DNA from: Patescibacteria group bacterium UBA5738 | Lineage (GTDB): Bacteria; Patescibacteriota; Minisyncoccia; Minisyncoccales; UBA5738 | Assembly: GCA_002419295.1 (NCBI GenBank) | Contig: DIFW01000017.1 | Span: 57,099 to 121,098 of the forward strand | Direction: 5' to 3' | Length of the DNA: 64,000 bases | Shown: positions 9,849 through 20,310 of the stretch, in pieces | Layout of the letters: the number at the start of each line of letters is the position of its first letter | How positions within the stretch are numbered: the stretch's first letter is position 1 | The notes under the pieces: generated by a model | Seen by the model: only the letters and a program-made list of their open reading frames with translations | Database searches by the model: none | Told to the model about the DNA's origin: nothing | Position numbers and translations under genes: made by a program

Positions 9849-10892
9849 TTAAAAAATTGCAAACAGTTTAGACAAAAACAAGGCATACAAAAGGACATAA
9901 AGCCAACCCTGCCCGGAATTTATTCTGCGCGAAAATCCCGAAACTGTCAACAGCGCGGCGGCGGCGGCAAGAAACGGCAACGATATATCCAAAACCGCGC
10001 CATCAACCGGCAGAGGTGAAAACATCGCGGCAATACCGGCCACCAGCAATAAATTCACCGCGACGCCGGAAAAGACATTCCCCAAGGCCAATTCATATCT
10101 TTTTTTGGCGATCACCGCGAAGCTCCCCCACAATTCGGGCATTGCCGCAAAAATCGCCAGCGCCGAAACCGCCAAAATCGAAGCGGAAACCGGCAATAAA
10201 TCCGCGGTTCCGGCAAGCGATTCAATCGTGAAATTTGCCGCGATCGCCAGCAAAAGCACACCGCCCAGCCCAAGAAAAACCGCGGCGGGAAAATCCTTGG
10301 CGCGGCGGTTAAACCCGCGGCTGAATCGCGCCCCCACCATTTCGACTATGCCCGGAGTACTGCCGAATATCGACGGCGTCACGACATCCCGCGGCGTAAA
10401 TTTGCGGACGCGCCCATGTGAAATTAAAAATACGGCGCAAGCCGAAAACGCGGCCAGCATCAGCAACCCTTCGCCGAAAACAATGATTCCATCAATGGCG
10501 CAAAAACAAAATATCGCCGCGGCGGCTACCAGAAGCGGCGCGTCGGCATCCGTACATTCGCGATTGATCGGCAAATTTTTGGCCGCGATCGCGGACGCGC
10601 CCGCCACCAGCAAGATATTGGCGATCGACGAACCCAAAAGAACCGGCAAGACCAACTCCGGCCGGCCGGTTAAAACGGCGGCAAGGGCCAGCGCCAATTC
10701 GGGCAGAGCCGCGCCAATGGCAATCGCCGCGAATCCCGCCGCGACATCTTTGCTGAAAAACCGCGCGGCGGCGGCGGAAAACAACGCGGCGCCTTGCAAC
10801 AGCGCGACCACCGAAACGATAAATATGAATAGCCAAATAAAAATTTCCACGGACAAAATTGAAAATGTAAATATCAAAATGGAAAATGACAA
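9849..10892 (-). CDS. Ca2+/cation antiporter, CaCA family (YrbG-like)
   Basis: 347 aa polytopic protein with two alpha-repeat motifs (GAALPEL... and AAMPELWGS...GNVFSG..NLLLVAG). Confidence 0.55.
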   Translation of the reverse strand: MSFSILIFTFSILSVEIFIWLFIFIVSVVALLQGAALFSAAAARFFSKDVAAGFAAIAIGAALPELALALAAVLTGRPELVLPVLLGSSIANILLVAGASAIAAKNLPINRECTDADAPLLVAAAAIFCFCAIDGIIVFGEGLLMLAAFSACAVFLISHGRVRKFTPRDVVTPSIFGSTPGIVEMVGARFSRGFNRRAKDFPAAVFLGLGGVLLLAIAANFTIESLAGTADLLPVSASILAVSALAIFAAMPELWGSFAVIAKKRYELALGNVFSGVAVNLLLVAGIAAMFSPLPVDGAVLDISLPFLAAAAALLTVSGFSRRINSGQGWLYVLLYALFLSKLFAIF

Positions 10893-10995
10893 TGTAAAAT
10901 TACAAAATGTCCAGCTCCCGACATTTTAACATTTTAATCTGTCATTTTGATCTTTCCGCCAAAGGACGGATGCGCCTTATGCGCAGATTTTTCAT
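10869..10995 (+). repeat. Intergenic repeat, copy A (19-mer aaatatcaaaatggaaaat ... ttccgccaaaggacggATGcgcct..agattttt)
   Basis: Two conserved blocks with the same spacing (about 80 nt) recur at 32289..32410. Block 2 contains an SD-like AAAGGA, an ATG and an MRL[MV]RRF start. Confidence 0.6.
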
Positions 10996-11014
10996 TTTTA
11001 CATTTATTGTTAGT

Positions 11015-14000
11015 TTAGCATTTTTTTATCCCCAGCCAAATAGGCTGTCCCGCGATCTTGGCATCAACCGCCGCCGCGGTTTTGTCCGGTTTTTTAAACT
11101 CTAAATCGGCCGCTTTGGTTTCTTTGGCGATTATGAGTCGATTTTTTTCAATCACAACCCTCAATTCGCCTTCGGCAACGCAATAAACGGCAATTTTATC
11201 CGCCGGAGTAAATTTGGCGGTCTTGCGCAATTCCTGGATTTGGCGCATAGTTTCGCGGACACTGCCTTCCTCTTTCAATTCGGGCGTGATGTTCCAATCA
11301 ATTTCAACCGGCACTTTCAATTCCGAATTGAATTCAATGGTTTTCACATTTACTTCGCCGGCCAGAAGATCGCGCAATTCGCCGCTCAATCCGCCCGCGC
11401 CGGCGATAACCAGCTTTGCCAGCGGCTGGCGCACCTTCACGCCGCGCTTGGCGCGTTCGGCCAAAACCAGCGCACAAACCTTGCGCGCCCGCTCCATTTG
11501 CGCTTCCAATTTCGCGTCAATCATTTTTTTATCCGCCTCCGGATATGCTTCCAAATGCGCGGATTTCGCGTTGGCAAAATCGTTCCCCGACAAATCTTGC
11601 CAAATCTCTTCGGCCAAAAACGGCGCCAGCGGCGCGCAAACTTTGGCAAATTCGGCCAAAACATAAGCGAAGATTTTTGCCGCTTGGTTCAATCTCGCCG
11701 CGCTTTGCGGATGTTGCAAGCGCTTGCGCGAACGGCGCACATACCAAAGCGACAGATCGTCAATGGCAAACTTTTCCGCGGTTCTTGCCGCGCGGGTGAT
11801 ATCATAAGCGTCAAGACCGGCGGCGATTTTCGCAATCTCTGAATGCAAGCGCGACACAATCCAGCGGTCAAGCACATCCGCCGGCGCGACAGACACGGGA
11901 GCTTTGATTTTCGGCGCGTAAGTTTTCAAGAATATATGGCAATTCCGCAAAGTCATCAAAAACTTATTCTTTGCCAGCGCCAAATCTTTTTCGTTGTACA
12001 GCTTGGAATCCCCCGGATCATTGACGGTGTAAAAATACCACCGCACCGCGTCGGCGCCGTATTTTTCCACCATCTCCCATGGATTCACCACATTGCCTTT
12101 TGATTTGGACATTTTTTCGCCTTTCTCGTCCAACACATGCCCCATTGACACCACATTTTTATAGGGCGCGCCGAATTTCAGCGCCGTGGACAGCGCCAAC
12201 AAAGTGTAAAACCACCCTCTCGTTTGATCAATCGCCTCGCAAATGAAATCCGCGGGAAAAGCCGCCGGCGGCAAATCTTGCGACTGGCCCTTTTGTCGAG
12301 GCCAAAATTCTTGTGCAAACGGCATCGCCCCCGAATCCAGCCAGCAATCCAAAACCTCGGCGGCGCGCGCCATTCTTTGCCCGCATTTTTCGCAAATCGG
12401 CGCGACTTCGTCGATAAACGGGCGATGCAGGTCGATTTCCATGTCATCGCCAAACGGCAATTGCTTAAATTCAATTTCACGGGACTTGCCGGTATCGATT
12501 TTTTTGATTTTGCCCCGATAACGGCCGTCCAAAATTGCCGGCGCGGACATCCCTTTGAGCGTGTGCTCCAACATCGTCAGCGGCAATTCGTGGGATACCA
12601 AAACAATATTTTTACCTTCGTATTTTTTATCAATCTCGGCCATTAATTCATACATCCGGCGGCGAATCATCACCAAACTTTCGCCTTTGGGAGGTTTGGC
12701 GGCGAGAGGATTTTTTTTTGTTGATATGTAATCCCAAAAATTCTTGGGGTCTTGGCCGTTGAAAATTCCCACATTGGCTTCGCGCAATCTTTTGTCATAG
12801 ATGATTTTGGCGCCGGTGGTTTTTGCGATGATTTGCGCCGTTTCTTTCGTCCGCAACAAATCCGAGGCGATAATCAAATCTATTTTTTCTTTGGCCAGTT
12901 TTTTTGCCGAAACCTCCGCTTGTTTTCCGCCTTTTTGAGTGAGCGGCAACGGATCGGCCTCCGGCCAGCAAGAAGCGATTTTTTTAACTTGCCGTTGAGA
13001 GTGGCCGTGGCGAAAAACAAAATATCGGTTCTTTGAATATTTTTGTTCGAGCAAATCGCGGACCGAACCAAAAACTTCCCGATGGCCGCAATCGCATTGC
13101 CACACCGGCAGAGGCGTGCCCCAGTAGCGGTCGCGCGAAATCGCCCAATCTTTCACTTCGCGCAACCATTCGCCAAACCGCCCTTCTTTCAAATGCGGCG
13201 GCACCCAATTTATCTTTTGGTTGTTTTTGAGCAAATCATTTCTCAACGCCGTCATTTTGATAAACCAGCTCTTTTTGGCATAGTACAGCAATGGTGTTTT
13301 GCACCGCCAGCAAAACGGATAATCGTGTTCATACGCTTCGGTTTTAAAAAGCAATCCCTTTTCTTTTAAATCGGCGATGATCAAGGAATCGGCATCCTTG
13401 ACAAACATCCCCGCCCATTTGGGAACATCCGGCAAAAAACCGCCGTCTTCGCCGACATTCAAAATCACGGGGAATACCGGCGCGCCGTTTTTTTCCCGTT
13501 GGCGGTTTTCTTTTTTGATCACTTCCATATCTTCGGCGCCGAACGCCGGCGCGATATGGACAATTCCCGTACCGTCAACCGCCGACACAAAGTCCGCAGC
13601 AATCGTCTCGTAAATGATTTTTGATTCTTCGGTTTTGACCGGAAACGGCGCCCGATACCGCAATCCGATCAAGCTATTGCCTTTTATATCTCGGACAATT
13701 TCGTATTCGCCGCCCAAAACTTCAACGCGGTCTTTGGCCAAAACCAAACCGCCGCTCTCTCCGTTTCTTGGCTTCGCCAACACATAATCCAGCGCCGGAT
13801 TCACCGCGGCGGCAACATTGGCCGGCAATGTCCACGGCGTAGTGGTCCAAACCAACAGCGCAGCATTTTTAAATTCCGGACTAACAAGGGGAAATTTGAC
13901 ATACACCGAAGGGTCTTTCACTCTTTTGTAGCCCTGCGCCACTTCATGGCTGGATAGCGCCGTACCGCAACGCGAGCAGTAGGGCAAAACTTTGTAATCT

Positions 14001-14506
14001 TGAAACAAAAGCTTTTTTTGCCACGCGCGCTTCAAAATAAACCACACCGACTCCATATACCGCGCGTCATAGGTGATATAAGGATTGTCCAAATCCAGCC
14101 AATAGCCGATACGCTCGGTAAGTTTGCGCCATTCGCCAATCTGCTCAAAAACCGAATCGCGGCATTCTTTATTGAATTTTTTAATGCCGTATTTTTCGAT
14201 GTCTTTTTTGCTGTGAAGGCTAAGTTTTTTCTCAATTTGCAATTCCACCGGCAACCCGTGCGTATCCCATCCGGCGCGGCGCCGGACGCGAAACCCCGCC
14301 ATAGTCTTGTAGCGGCAAATTAAATCTTTGAAGACCCGCGTTTCCATATGGTGTATCCCCGGGCGCGCGTTGGCCGTGGGCGGCCCCTCATAAAACACAA
14401 AATCCTTTTTGCGCCGAGGCGTTCTTTTGACCGATTTTTCAAAAATCAAGTTCTCTTTCCAAAACTTGACGATATTTTCCTCATTTTTGTTGAAATCCTT
14501 CTCCAT
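11015..14506 (-). CDS. ileS: Isoleucyl-tRNA synthetase with an embedded histidine-phosphatase (PGAM-like) domain
   Basis: 1163 aa. HIGH-type PGIHH, editing-domain motif GTGIVHIAPAFGAED, WAISRDRYWGTPLP and KMSKSKGNVV. A block of about 190 aa inserted between WAISRDR...CDCGH and IDLHRPFIDE carries RHGHS and LVSHE motifs. Confidence 0.9.
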   Translation of the reverse strand: MEKDFNKNEENIVKFWKENLIFEKSVKRTPRRKKDFVFYEGPPTANARPGIHHMETRVFKDLICRYKTMAGFRVRRRAGWDTHGLPVELQIEKKLSLHSKKDIEKYGIKKFNKECRDSVFEQIGEWRKLTERIGYWLDLDNPYITYDARYMESVWFILKRAWQKKLLFQDYKVLPYCSRCGTALSSHEVAQGYKRVKDPSVYVKFPLVSPEFKNAALLVWTTTPWTLPANVAAAVNPALDYVLAKPRNGESGGLVLAKDRVEVLGGEYEIVRDIKGNSLIGLRYRAPFPVKTEESKIIYETIAADFVSAVDGTGIVHIAPAFGAEDMEVIKKENRQREKNGAPVFPVILNVGEDGGFLPDVPKWAGMFVKDADSLIIADLKEKGLLFKTEAYEHDYPFCWRCKTPLLYYAKKSWFIKMTALRNDLLKNNQKINWVPPHLKEGRFGEWLREVKDWAISRDRYWGTPLPVWQCDCGHREVFGSVRDLLEQKYSKNRYFVFRHGHSQRQVKKIASCWPEADPLPLTQKGGKQAEVSAKKLAKEKIDLIIASDLLRTKETAQIIAKTTGAKIIYDKRLREANVGIFNGQDPKNFWDYISTKKNPLAAKPPKGESLVMIRRRMYELMAEIDKKYEGKNIVLVSHELPLTMLEHTLKGMSAPAILDGRYRGKIKKIDTGKSREIEFKQLPFGDDMEIDLHRPFIDEVAPICEKCGQRMARAAEVLDCWLDSGAMPFAQEFWPRQKGQSQDLPPAAFPADFICEAIDQTRGWFYTLLALSTALKFGAPYKNVVSMGHVLDEKGEKMSKSKGNVVNPWEMVEKYGADAVRWYFYTVNDPGDSKLYNEKDLALAKNKFLMTLRNCHIFLKTYAPKIKAPVSVAPADVLDRWIVSRLHSEIAKIAAGLDAYDITRAARTAEKFAIDDLSLWYVRRSRKRLQHPQSAARLNQAAKIFAYVLAEFAKVCAPLAPFLAEEIWQDLSGNDFANAKSAHLEAYPEADKKMIDAKLEAQMERARKVCALVLAERAKRGVKVRQPLAKLVIAGAGGLSGELRDLLAGEVNVKTIEFNSELKVPVEIDWNITPELKEEGSVRETMRQIQELRKTAKFTPADKIAVYCVAEGELRVVIEKNRLIIAKETKAADLEFKKPDKTAAAVDAKIAGQPIWLGIKKC

Positions 14507-14684
14507 AGTATTTATTCAACTTCTGCTTCATATTAGCAAATCCTCCCGATATTTAAAGACCTTATCGCATTCTGCGGGAACGGTCTTTATGGCCGTTCGC
14601 ATTATATTATATCCAACCCCGCGGACATAAATACAAAATACAGACAAACAGCAGACCTATTGAATTCTTGCCTGTTTTAAAAAA

Positions 14685-14975
14685 TTATTTCAACACTTCC
14701 GCGTCTTCTTTGATTTTTTCGGCTAAAATCATTTTCACCAGCGACTGATAGGGCACATCGCGGCGATTAGCCATTTCCTTCAAGCGATAAATCATATTTT
14801 CCGGCAAGCGGATGGAAACACTGCGCAAGGAAGGATTCAGATTTGGCAAAACGGAATTGGTTGGCGCGTCGCTCCAATCAATATAATCCGCGCTGTCATG
14901 TTTTGCCCAGAATGCGCGCTCTTCGTTTTCATCTTTAAATTTGGGAATCTGTTTTAAATTATTTTTTTTGTTCAT
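14685..14975 (-). CDS. brnA: BrnA-like antitoxin (ribbon-helix-helix) of a BrnT/BrnA type II TA pair
   Basis: 96 aa. EERAFWAKHDSADYIDW...RLPENMIYRLKEMANRRDVPYQSLVKMILAE is a typical BrnA. Overlaps the upstream toxin gene by 17 nt. Confidence 0.7.
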   Translation of the reverse strand: MNKKNNLKQIPKFKDENEERAFWAKHDSADYIDWSDAPTNSVLPNLNPSLRSVSIRLPENMIYRLKEMANRRDVPYQSLVKMILAEKIKEDAEVLK

Positions 14976-15276
14976 ATTGTTTTTGATAAATAATTTTTTC
15001 TTTTTTGCTCATCGTCCTTGCCGAAATGATTCTAATTTTATTTTTTCTGATCGTAAACGCTTCAAAAAGCAATCTGTTTTTATTGGTTTTTCCAAGCGCG
15101 TAATAACGAACTTCATCCTTGCCGGAATGTTTATCGTCGGATTGAAGCAAAAGCGGCCGGTTGAAAAAAATTTCCTCGCTTTCCCAAAATGCCACCCTGT
15201 GTTTTCCCCAATTTTTATCAATGTTGCCGCTATCCCAGTCAAATCCAACAATTTCGGAAAAATTAAAACCTCTCAT
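14959..15276 (-). CDS. brnT: BrnT-like ribonuclease toxin (DUF497)
   Basis: 105 aa. FDWDSGNIDKNWGKHRVAFWESEEIF matches the BrnT/DUF497 N-terminal signature. Confidence 0.75.
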   Translation of the reverse strand: MRGFNFSEIVGFDWDSGNIDKNWGKHRVAFWESEEIFFNRPLLLQSDDKHSGKDEVRYYALGKTNKNRLLFEAFTIRKNKIRIISARTMSKKEKIIYQKQYEQKK

Positions 15277-15850
15277 TTGATTATGTATATTTCCATTATA
15301 TACAACCCGACAAACCTGTCAATAGCGCAAACTCGTCTTCGCTTCCAACGAAAAACGGATCCGAAAGGATCCGCGGTTCCGTTATTCGCTTGTCGGTTAT
15401 CCCGCCGCGCGGGCATCGCGCCCATATCAAACCCGCAAGGTAAAATGCCAACAAATAAAAAATAAAAATGGCTGATATTTATTCCATTTTTAAAATTTGC
15501 GCGCCGCGCTCAATGCGCCGCGCCGCCAATCGGCAGACAATTACGCCGCCGGAGTCGCCGGGTCGGTAACCGGAGCTATTGTCGGTTCTTCGGTGGCCGG
15601 AGCGGCCGGGGTTGTTCCTTCGTCGTTGTACATTGTTTTCAACAAAAACCTTGATTTTTCGCCAAAAATGGGCGGCTTTGGCGCAAAAATTTCAATCTCT
15701 GTTTTTTAACCCGCCAAAGGCAGGACGCGCCCCTCGCGCAAACTCAACTCTCGTCAAGATGTCTTCATACTAATCGCAACCGCAACGGCTTGTCAACCCA
15801 AAAACGCAAAAGGCTTGAAAAATAACGCAATTTATTGTAGAGTTCCAATT

Positions 15851-16699
15851 ATGATTAACACAAACAAAGAAATATCTAAAAATGACGAGAATTGCCCCGT
15901 CACGATAAATCCTCCGCGCACCGGAGAAATTATCAAGGGCAAAGTGATCGTTCAAGAGCGATCGGCGCTTTATGTTGACTTGGGCGCGATCGGCACCGGC
16001 ATTGTTTACGGCAAAGAATTCCACGAAGTCAAAGACCGCCTCAAAGACATTGGCGAAGGCGATTCGATTTCGGCGAAAATCGTGAGCTTGGAAAACGATG
16101 AAGGCTATATCGAACTGTCGATCAGCGGCGCCACCCGCAAGCTGGTTTGGGATGAATTGCGCGAAAAACAAGAAACCCGCGAGCCGGTAACCGTTAAAAT
16201 CGGCGGCGCCAACAAAGGCGGGTTGATGGCAAAAGTATCCGGCCTTCCCGCGTTTCTGCCGGTATCCCAACTGGCGAGCCATCATTACCCCAAAGTAGTG
16301 GGTGGCGATCCGGATAAAATTTTAAAAGAACTCCAAAAATTCGTGGGAGAAGATCTTTCGGTGCGGATTTTAAATTTAAAACCGAAAACCGGCGAAATTA
16401 TTTTGTCGGAAAAAATGGCGGAAATGGAACAGCGCGAAGAACAATTAAAAAAATACCATGTGGGGCAGGATATCGGCGGCGCCATTACCGGCGTAATGGA
16501 ATTCGGTATTTTTATTCGTTTTGATAATGATAGCGTGGAAGGGCTCATTCCCGTGGCGCAAATTCCCGAAGAAGCCAAGAAAAACCTTTCGGAAAACTTC
16601 AAGATCGGCGACAAGCTTAACGCGCGCATTGTTGAAATCGGCAACGGAAAAGTGTTTTTGTCGCTTGCGGATCGCGGCGAGGCCCGGTCTGAAGTTTAA
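15851..16699 (+). CDS. rpsA: Short S1 RNA-binding domain protein (ribosomal protein S1-like, three S1 repeats)
   Basis: Repeated S1-domain patterns (GEIIKGKVIVQERSALYVDLGAIGTGIVYGKEF, GQDIGGAITGVMEFGIFIRF). The track ORF starts at TTG 15815. The first ATG is 15851. Confidence 0.7.
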   Translation: MINTNKEISKNDENCPVTINPPRTGEIIKGKVIVQERSALYVDLGAIGTGIVYGKEFHEVKDRLKDIGEGDSISAKIVSLENDEGYIELSISGATRKLVWDELREKQETREPVTVKIGGANKGGLMAKVSGLPAFLPVSQLASHHYPKVVGGDPDKILKELQKFVGEDLSVRILNLKPKTGEIILSEKMAEMEQREEQLKKYHVGQDIGGAITGVMEFGIFIRFDNDSVEGLIPVAQIPEEAKKNLSENFKIGDKLNARIVEIGNGKVFLSLADRGEARSEV

Positions 16700-16717
16700 T
16701 CTGGCAATTGCCGAACG

Positions 16718-18556
<1,839 letters not shown>

Positions 18557-18580
18557 GCAATCGTCCACGACGATTGCCAC

Positions 18581-18653
18581 GGGCGTGTAGCTCAGTGGTA
18601 GAGCACGGCTCTTATAAAGCCGGGGCCGATGGTCCGATCCCATCCACGCCCAC
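18581..18653 (+). tRNA. tRNA-Ile (anticodon TAT)
   Basis: Cloverleaf folded by hand. Acceptor GGGCGTG/CACGCCC, anticodon stem CGGCT/AGCCG, loop CTTATAA giving anticodon UAU, T-arm GATGG-TCCGATC-CCATC. Confidence 0.7.
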
Positions 18654-18669
18654 AATCTCGAAAACAATC

Positions 18670-18743
18670 GGGCAGTTGGCGCAGGGGTAGCGCACTACTT
18701 TGACATAGTAGGGGTCACAGGTTCAAATCCTGTACTGCCCACC
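18670..18743 (+). tRNA. tRNA-Val (anticodon GAC)
   Basis: Acceptor GGGCAGT/ACTGCCC, anticodon stem CTACT/AGTAG, loop TTGACAT, T-loop TTCAAAT, 3' ACC. Confidence 0.8.
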
Positions 18744-18820
18744 CTTTGACTTTTAAGCGATTTTAGTTTAAAGTGATCACTTGTAAGATCAAAATTCAAT
18801 TATTTAGAATAATCAACACC

Positions 18821-19201
18821 ATGGAAAAGAAAATCGCAGAATTCGCGCAATCGGGCAAAAAACAGGATTTGCCCCAAATCAAGGCCGGCGACACCGTGCG
18901 CGTGCACCAAAAATACACCGACAAAGGCAAAGAAAAAATTCAAATCTTTGAAGGGTTGGTGTTGTGCCGCAAACATGGCAACGAAACGGGAGCGGCTATC
19001 ACCGTGCGCAAAATTTCTTCGGGCGTGGGCGTGGAAAAGATATTCCCCCTTCACTCGCCGGTCGTCGCCAAAATTGAAGTCGTCAAATCGGGAAAAGTCC
19101 GGCGCGCCAAAATTTATTATATGCGCACCGCTAAAGGCAAAAAGTCTCGCTTAAAAAGAGTGGAAGCCAAACCCGCGGCAAACTCAACCGCCAAAGAATA
19201 A
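18821..19201 (+). CDS. rplS: 50S ribosomal protein L19
   Basis: MEKKIAEFAQ...KAGDTVRVHQKYTDKGKEKIQIFEGLVL...GVGVEKIFPLHSP is a canonical L19. Confidence 0.9.
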   Translation: MEKKIAEFAQSGKKQDLPQIKAGDTVRVHQKYTDKGKEKIQIFEGLVLCRKHGNETGAAITVRKISSGVGVEKIFPLHSPVVAKIEVVKSGKVRRAKIYYMRTAKGKKSRLKRVEAKPAANSTAKE

Positions 19202-19208
19202 CCCAAAA

Positions 19209-19241
19209 ATCAAGAAGCCTAACCGCTTCTTGATTTTTATT
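19209..19241 (+). terminator. Rho-independent terminator after rplS
   Basis: Stem ATCAAGAAGC / GCTTCTTGAT with loop CTAACC, followed by TTTTATT. Confidence 0.7.
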
Positions 19242-19289
19242 GCTTTTGCGATAAACTACCCACTATAAACTATTTACCACCCCGTTTCA

Positions 19290-19378
19290 CGGGATTTGAG
19301 CGAGTGATGGAATCGGCAGACATCTGCGTTTGAGGGGCGCAGGCCGCAAGGCGTGAGGGTTCAAGTCCCTCCTCGCTC
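19290..19378 (+). tRNA. tRNA-Leu (anticodon GAG), long variable arm
   Basis: Acceptor GAGCGAG/CTCGCTC, anticodon stem TGCGT/GCGCA, loop TTGAGGG, variable-arm hairpin GGCCGCAAGGC, T-arm GAGGG-TTCAAGT-CCCTC. Confidence 0.75.
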
Positions 19379-19421
19379 ACAAAGAACAGTTGATGAGTAA
19401 TGGAGTAAAATACTATTTCCC

Positions 19422-19496
19422 GGGCGATTAGCTCAGTTGGTACGAGCGACTCGTTTACACCGAGTAGGCCAGGGGTTCGAATCCCTTATCGCCCAC
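19422..19496 (+). tRNA. tRNA-Val (anticodon TAC)
   Basis: GGGCGAT...GCTCAGTTGGTACGAGC, anticodon stem ACTCG/CGAGT, loop TTTACAC, T-loop TTCGAAT, acceptor ATCGCCC. Confidence 0.8.
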
Positions 19497-19511
19497 AGCA
19501 AATTAAAAAGG

Positions 19512-19545
19512 ATGGGATGTTTAGCCAAACATCCATTTTTTATTG
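19512..19545 (+). terminator. Rho-independent terminator after the tRNA cluster
   Basis: Stem GGATGTTT / AAACATCC with loop AGCC, followed by ATTTTTTATT. Confidence 0.7.
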
Positions 19546-19672
19546 CGTTCCCAATTTAAAAATGGTATAAACAGGATGTTGCCCAAACAGCCTGTTTTTT
19601 GTTGTTTTTCCGTTTTGTGTTTCGTCTCGGATTTTGATATTCGAATTTCGGATTTCCCGCCGGAGGCGGGTT

Positions 19673-19757
19673 GGAGGGGTGTTCCGAATGGCAAGGTACC
19701 GCTCTCGAAAAGCGGCGGGCGCAAGCCCTTGCGAGTTCGAGTCTCGCCCCCTCCGCC
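19673..19757 (+). tRNA. tRNA-Ser (anticodon CGA), long variable arm
   Basis: Acceptor GGAGGGG/CCCCTCC, anticodon stem CCGCT/AGCGG, loop CTCGAAA, variable arm CGGGCGCAAGCCCTTG, T-arm GCGAG-TTCGAGT-CTCGC, 3' GCC. Confidence 0.75.
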
Positions 19758-19798
19758 TCAATGATAATTTAAAATTTTGCGCGCGCGCAAAACAATTC

Positions 19799-20164
19799 AT
19801 GCAATTTTTTCCCAAAAAACAAACCGAAGAACCGCAGAATGTTGAAGAAATTTTGGCGGAATTTAAAAAGGTAAAAGACAAGTGCCAAAAACTTGCCGCG
19901 AAAGTTGACCGATTGGAAGAAAAAAACCGGCAGAACATCAATAAAGTCGGCGTGGTCCGGTTTAATCCGTTTGAAGGATGCGGCGGCAATCAAAGCTTTT
20001 CTCTGGCCATTTTAGACGATGAAAAACGGGGGGCGGTGATCACCAGCTTATTTTCGCGAGACGGCAACCGCGTCTATGCCAAACCGATTGAAAACGGCGC
20101 GTCAGCCTATCCCCTGTCGGAAGAAGAAAAGCAAGCAATCGAAATCGCGCAGAAACAAAAATAA
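19799..20164 (+). CDS. DUF4446-like hypothetical protein
   Basis: Start set at MQFFPKKQ because the track ORF N-terminus overlaps tRNA-Ser. Coiled N-terminus, then VGVVRFNPFEGCGGNQSFSLAILDD...GAVITSLFSRDGNRVYAKPI, which resembles the DUF4446 core. Confidence 0.45.
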   Translation: MQFFPKKQTEEPQNVEEILAEFKKVKDKCQKLAAKVDRLEEKNRQNINKVGVVRFNPFEGCGGNQSFSLAILDDEKRGAVITSLFSRDGNRVYAKPIENGASAYPLSEEEKQAIEIAQKQK

Positions 20165-20310
20165 CAAATTTTCAATTTTCAATTTCTAATTTTCATTGAA
20201 TTTTCAAACCATCAATGAGCCAAACGGGATACTTGTTTGTATTTTATTTGAAACATTGGAATTTGAAACATTTATTGGAAATTGAAAATTGGCAATTTAA
20301 AATCATTTTA

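Noticed and set aside
14507-14684. T-box riboswitch upstream of ileS
   Set aside because: No T-box consensus (AGGGUGGNACCGCG) or specifier-loop architecture was found. Only generic alternative hairpins and a uORF are present (reported as a finding).
15280-15814. GC-rich palindromes (cggatccgaaaggatccg with GAAA loop) and a 30-codon Pro/Ala/Thr-rich mini-ORF upstream of rpsA
   Set aside because: No conserved RNA motif or promoter context was recognised. The mini-ORF has no SD and is low-complexity. Left as an unannotated spacer.
19543-20164. Long N-terminal extensions of track ORFs 19543..19764 and 19634..20164
   Set aside because: They run through tRNA-Ser (19673..19757). The real CDS most likely starts at ATG 19799.
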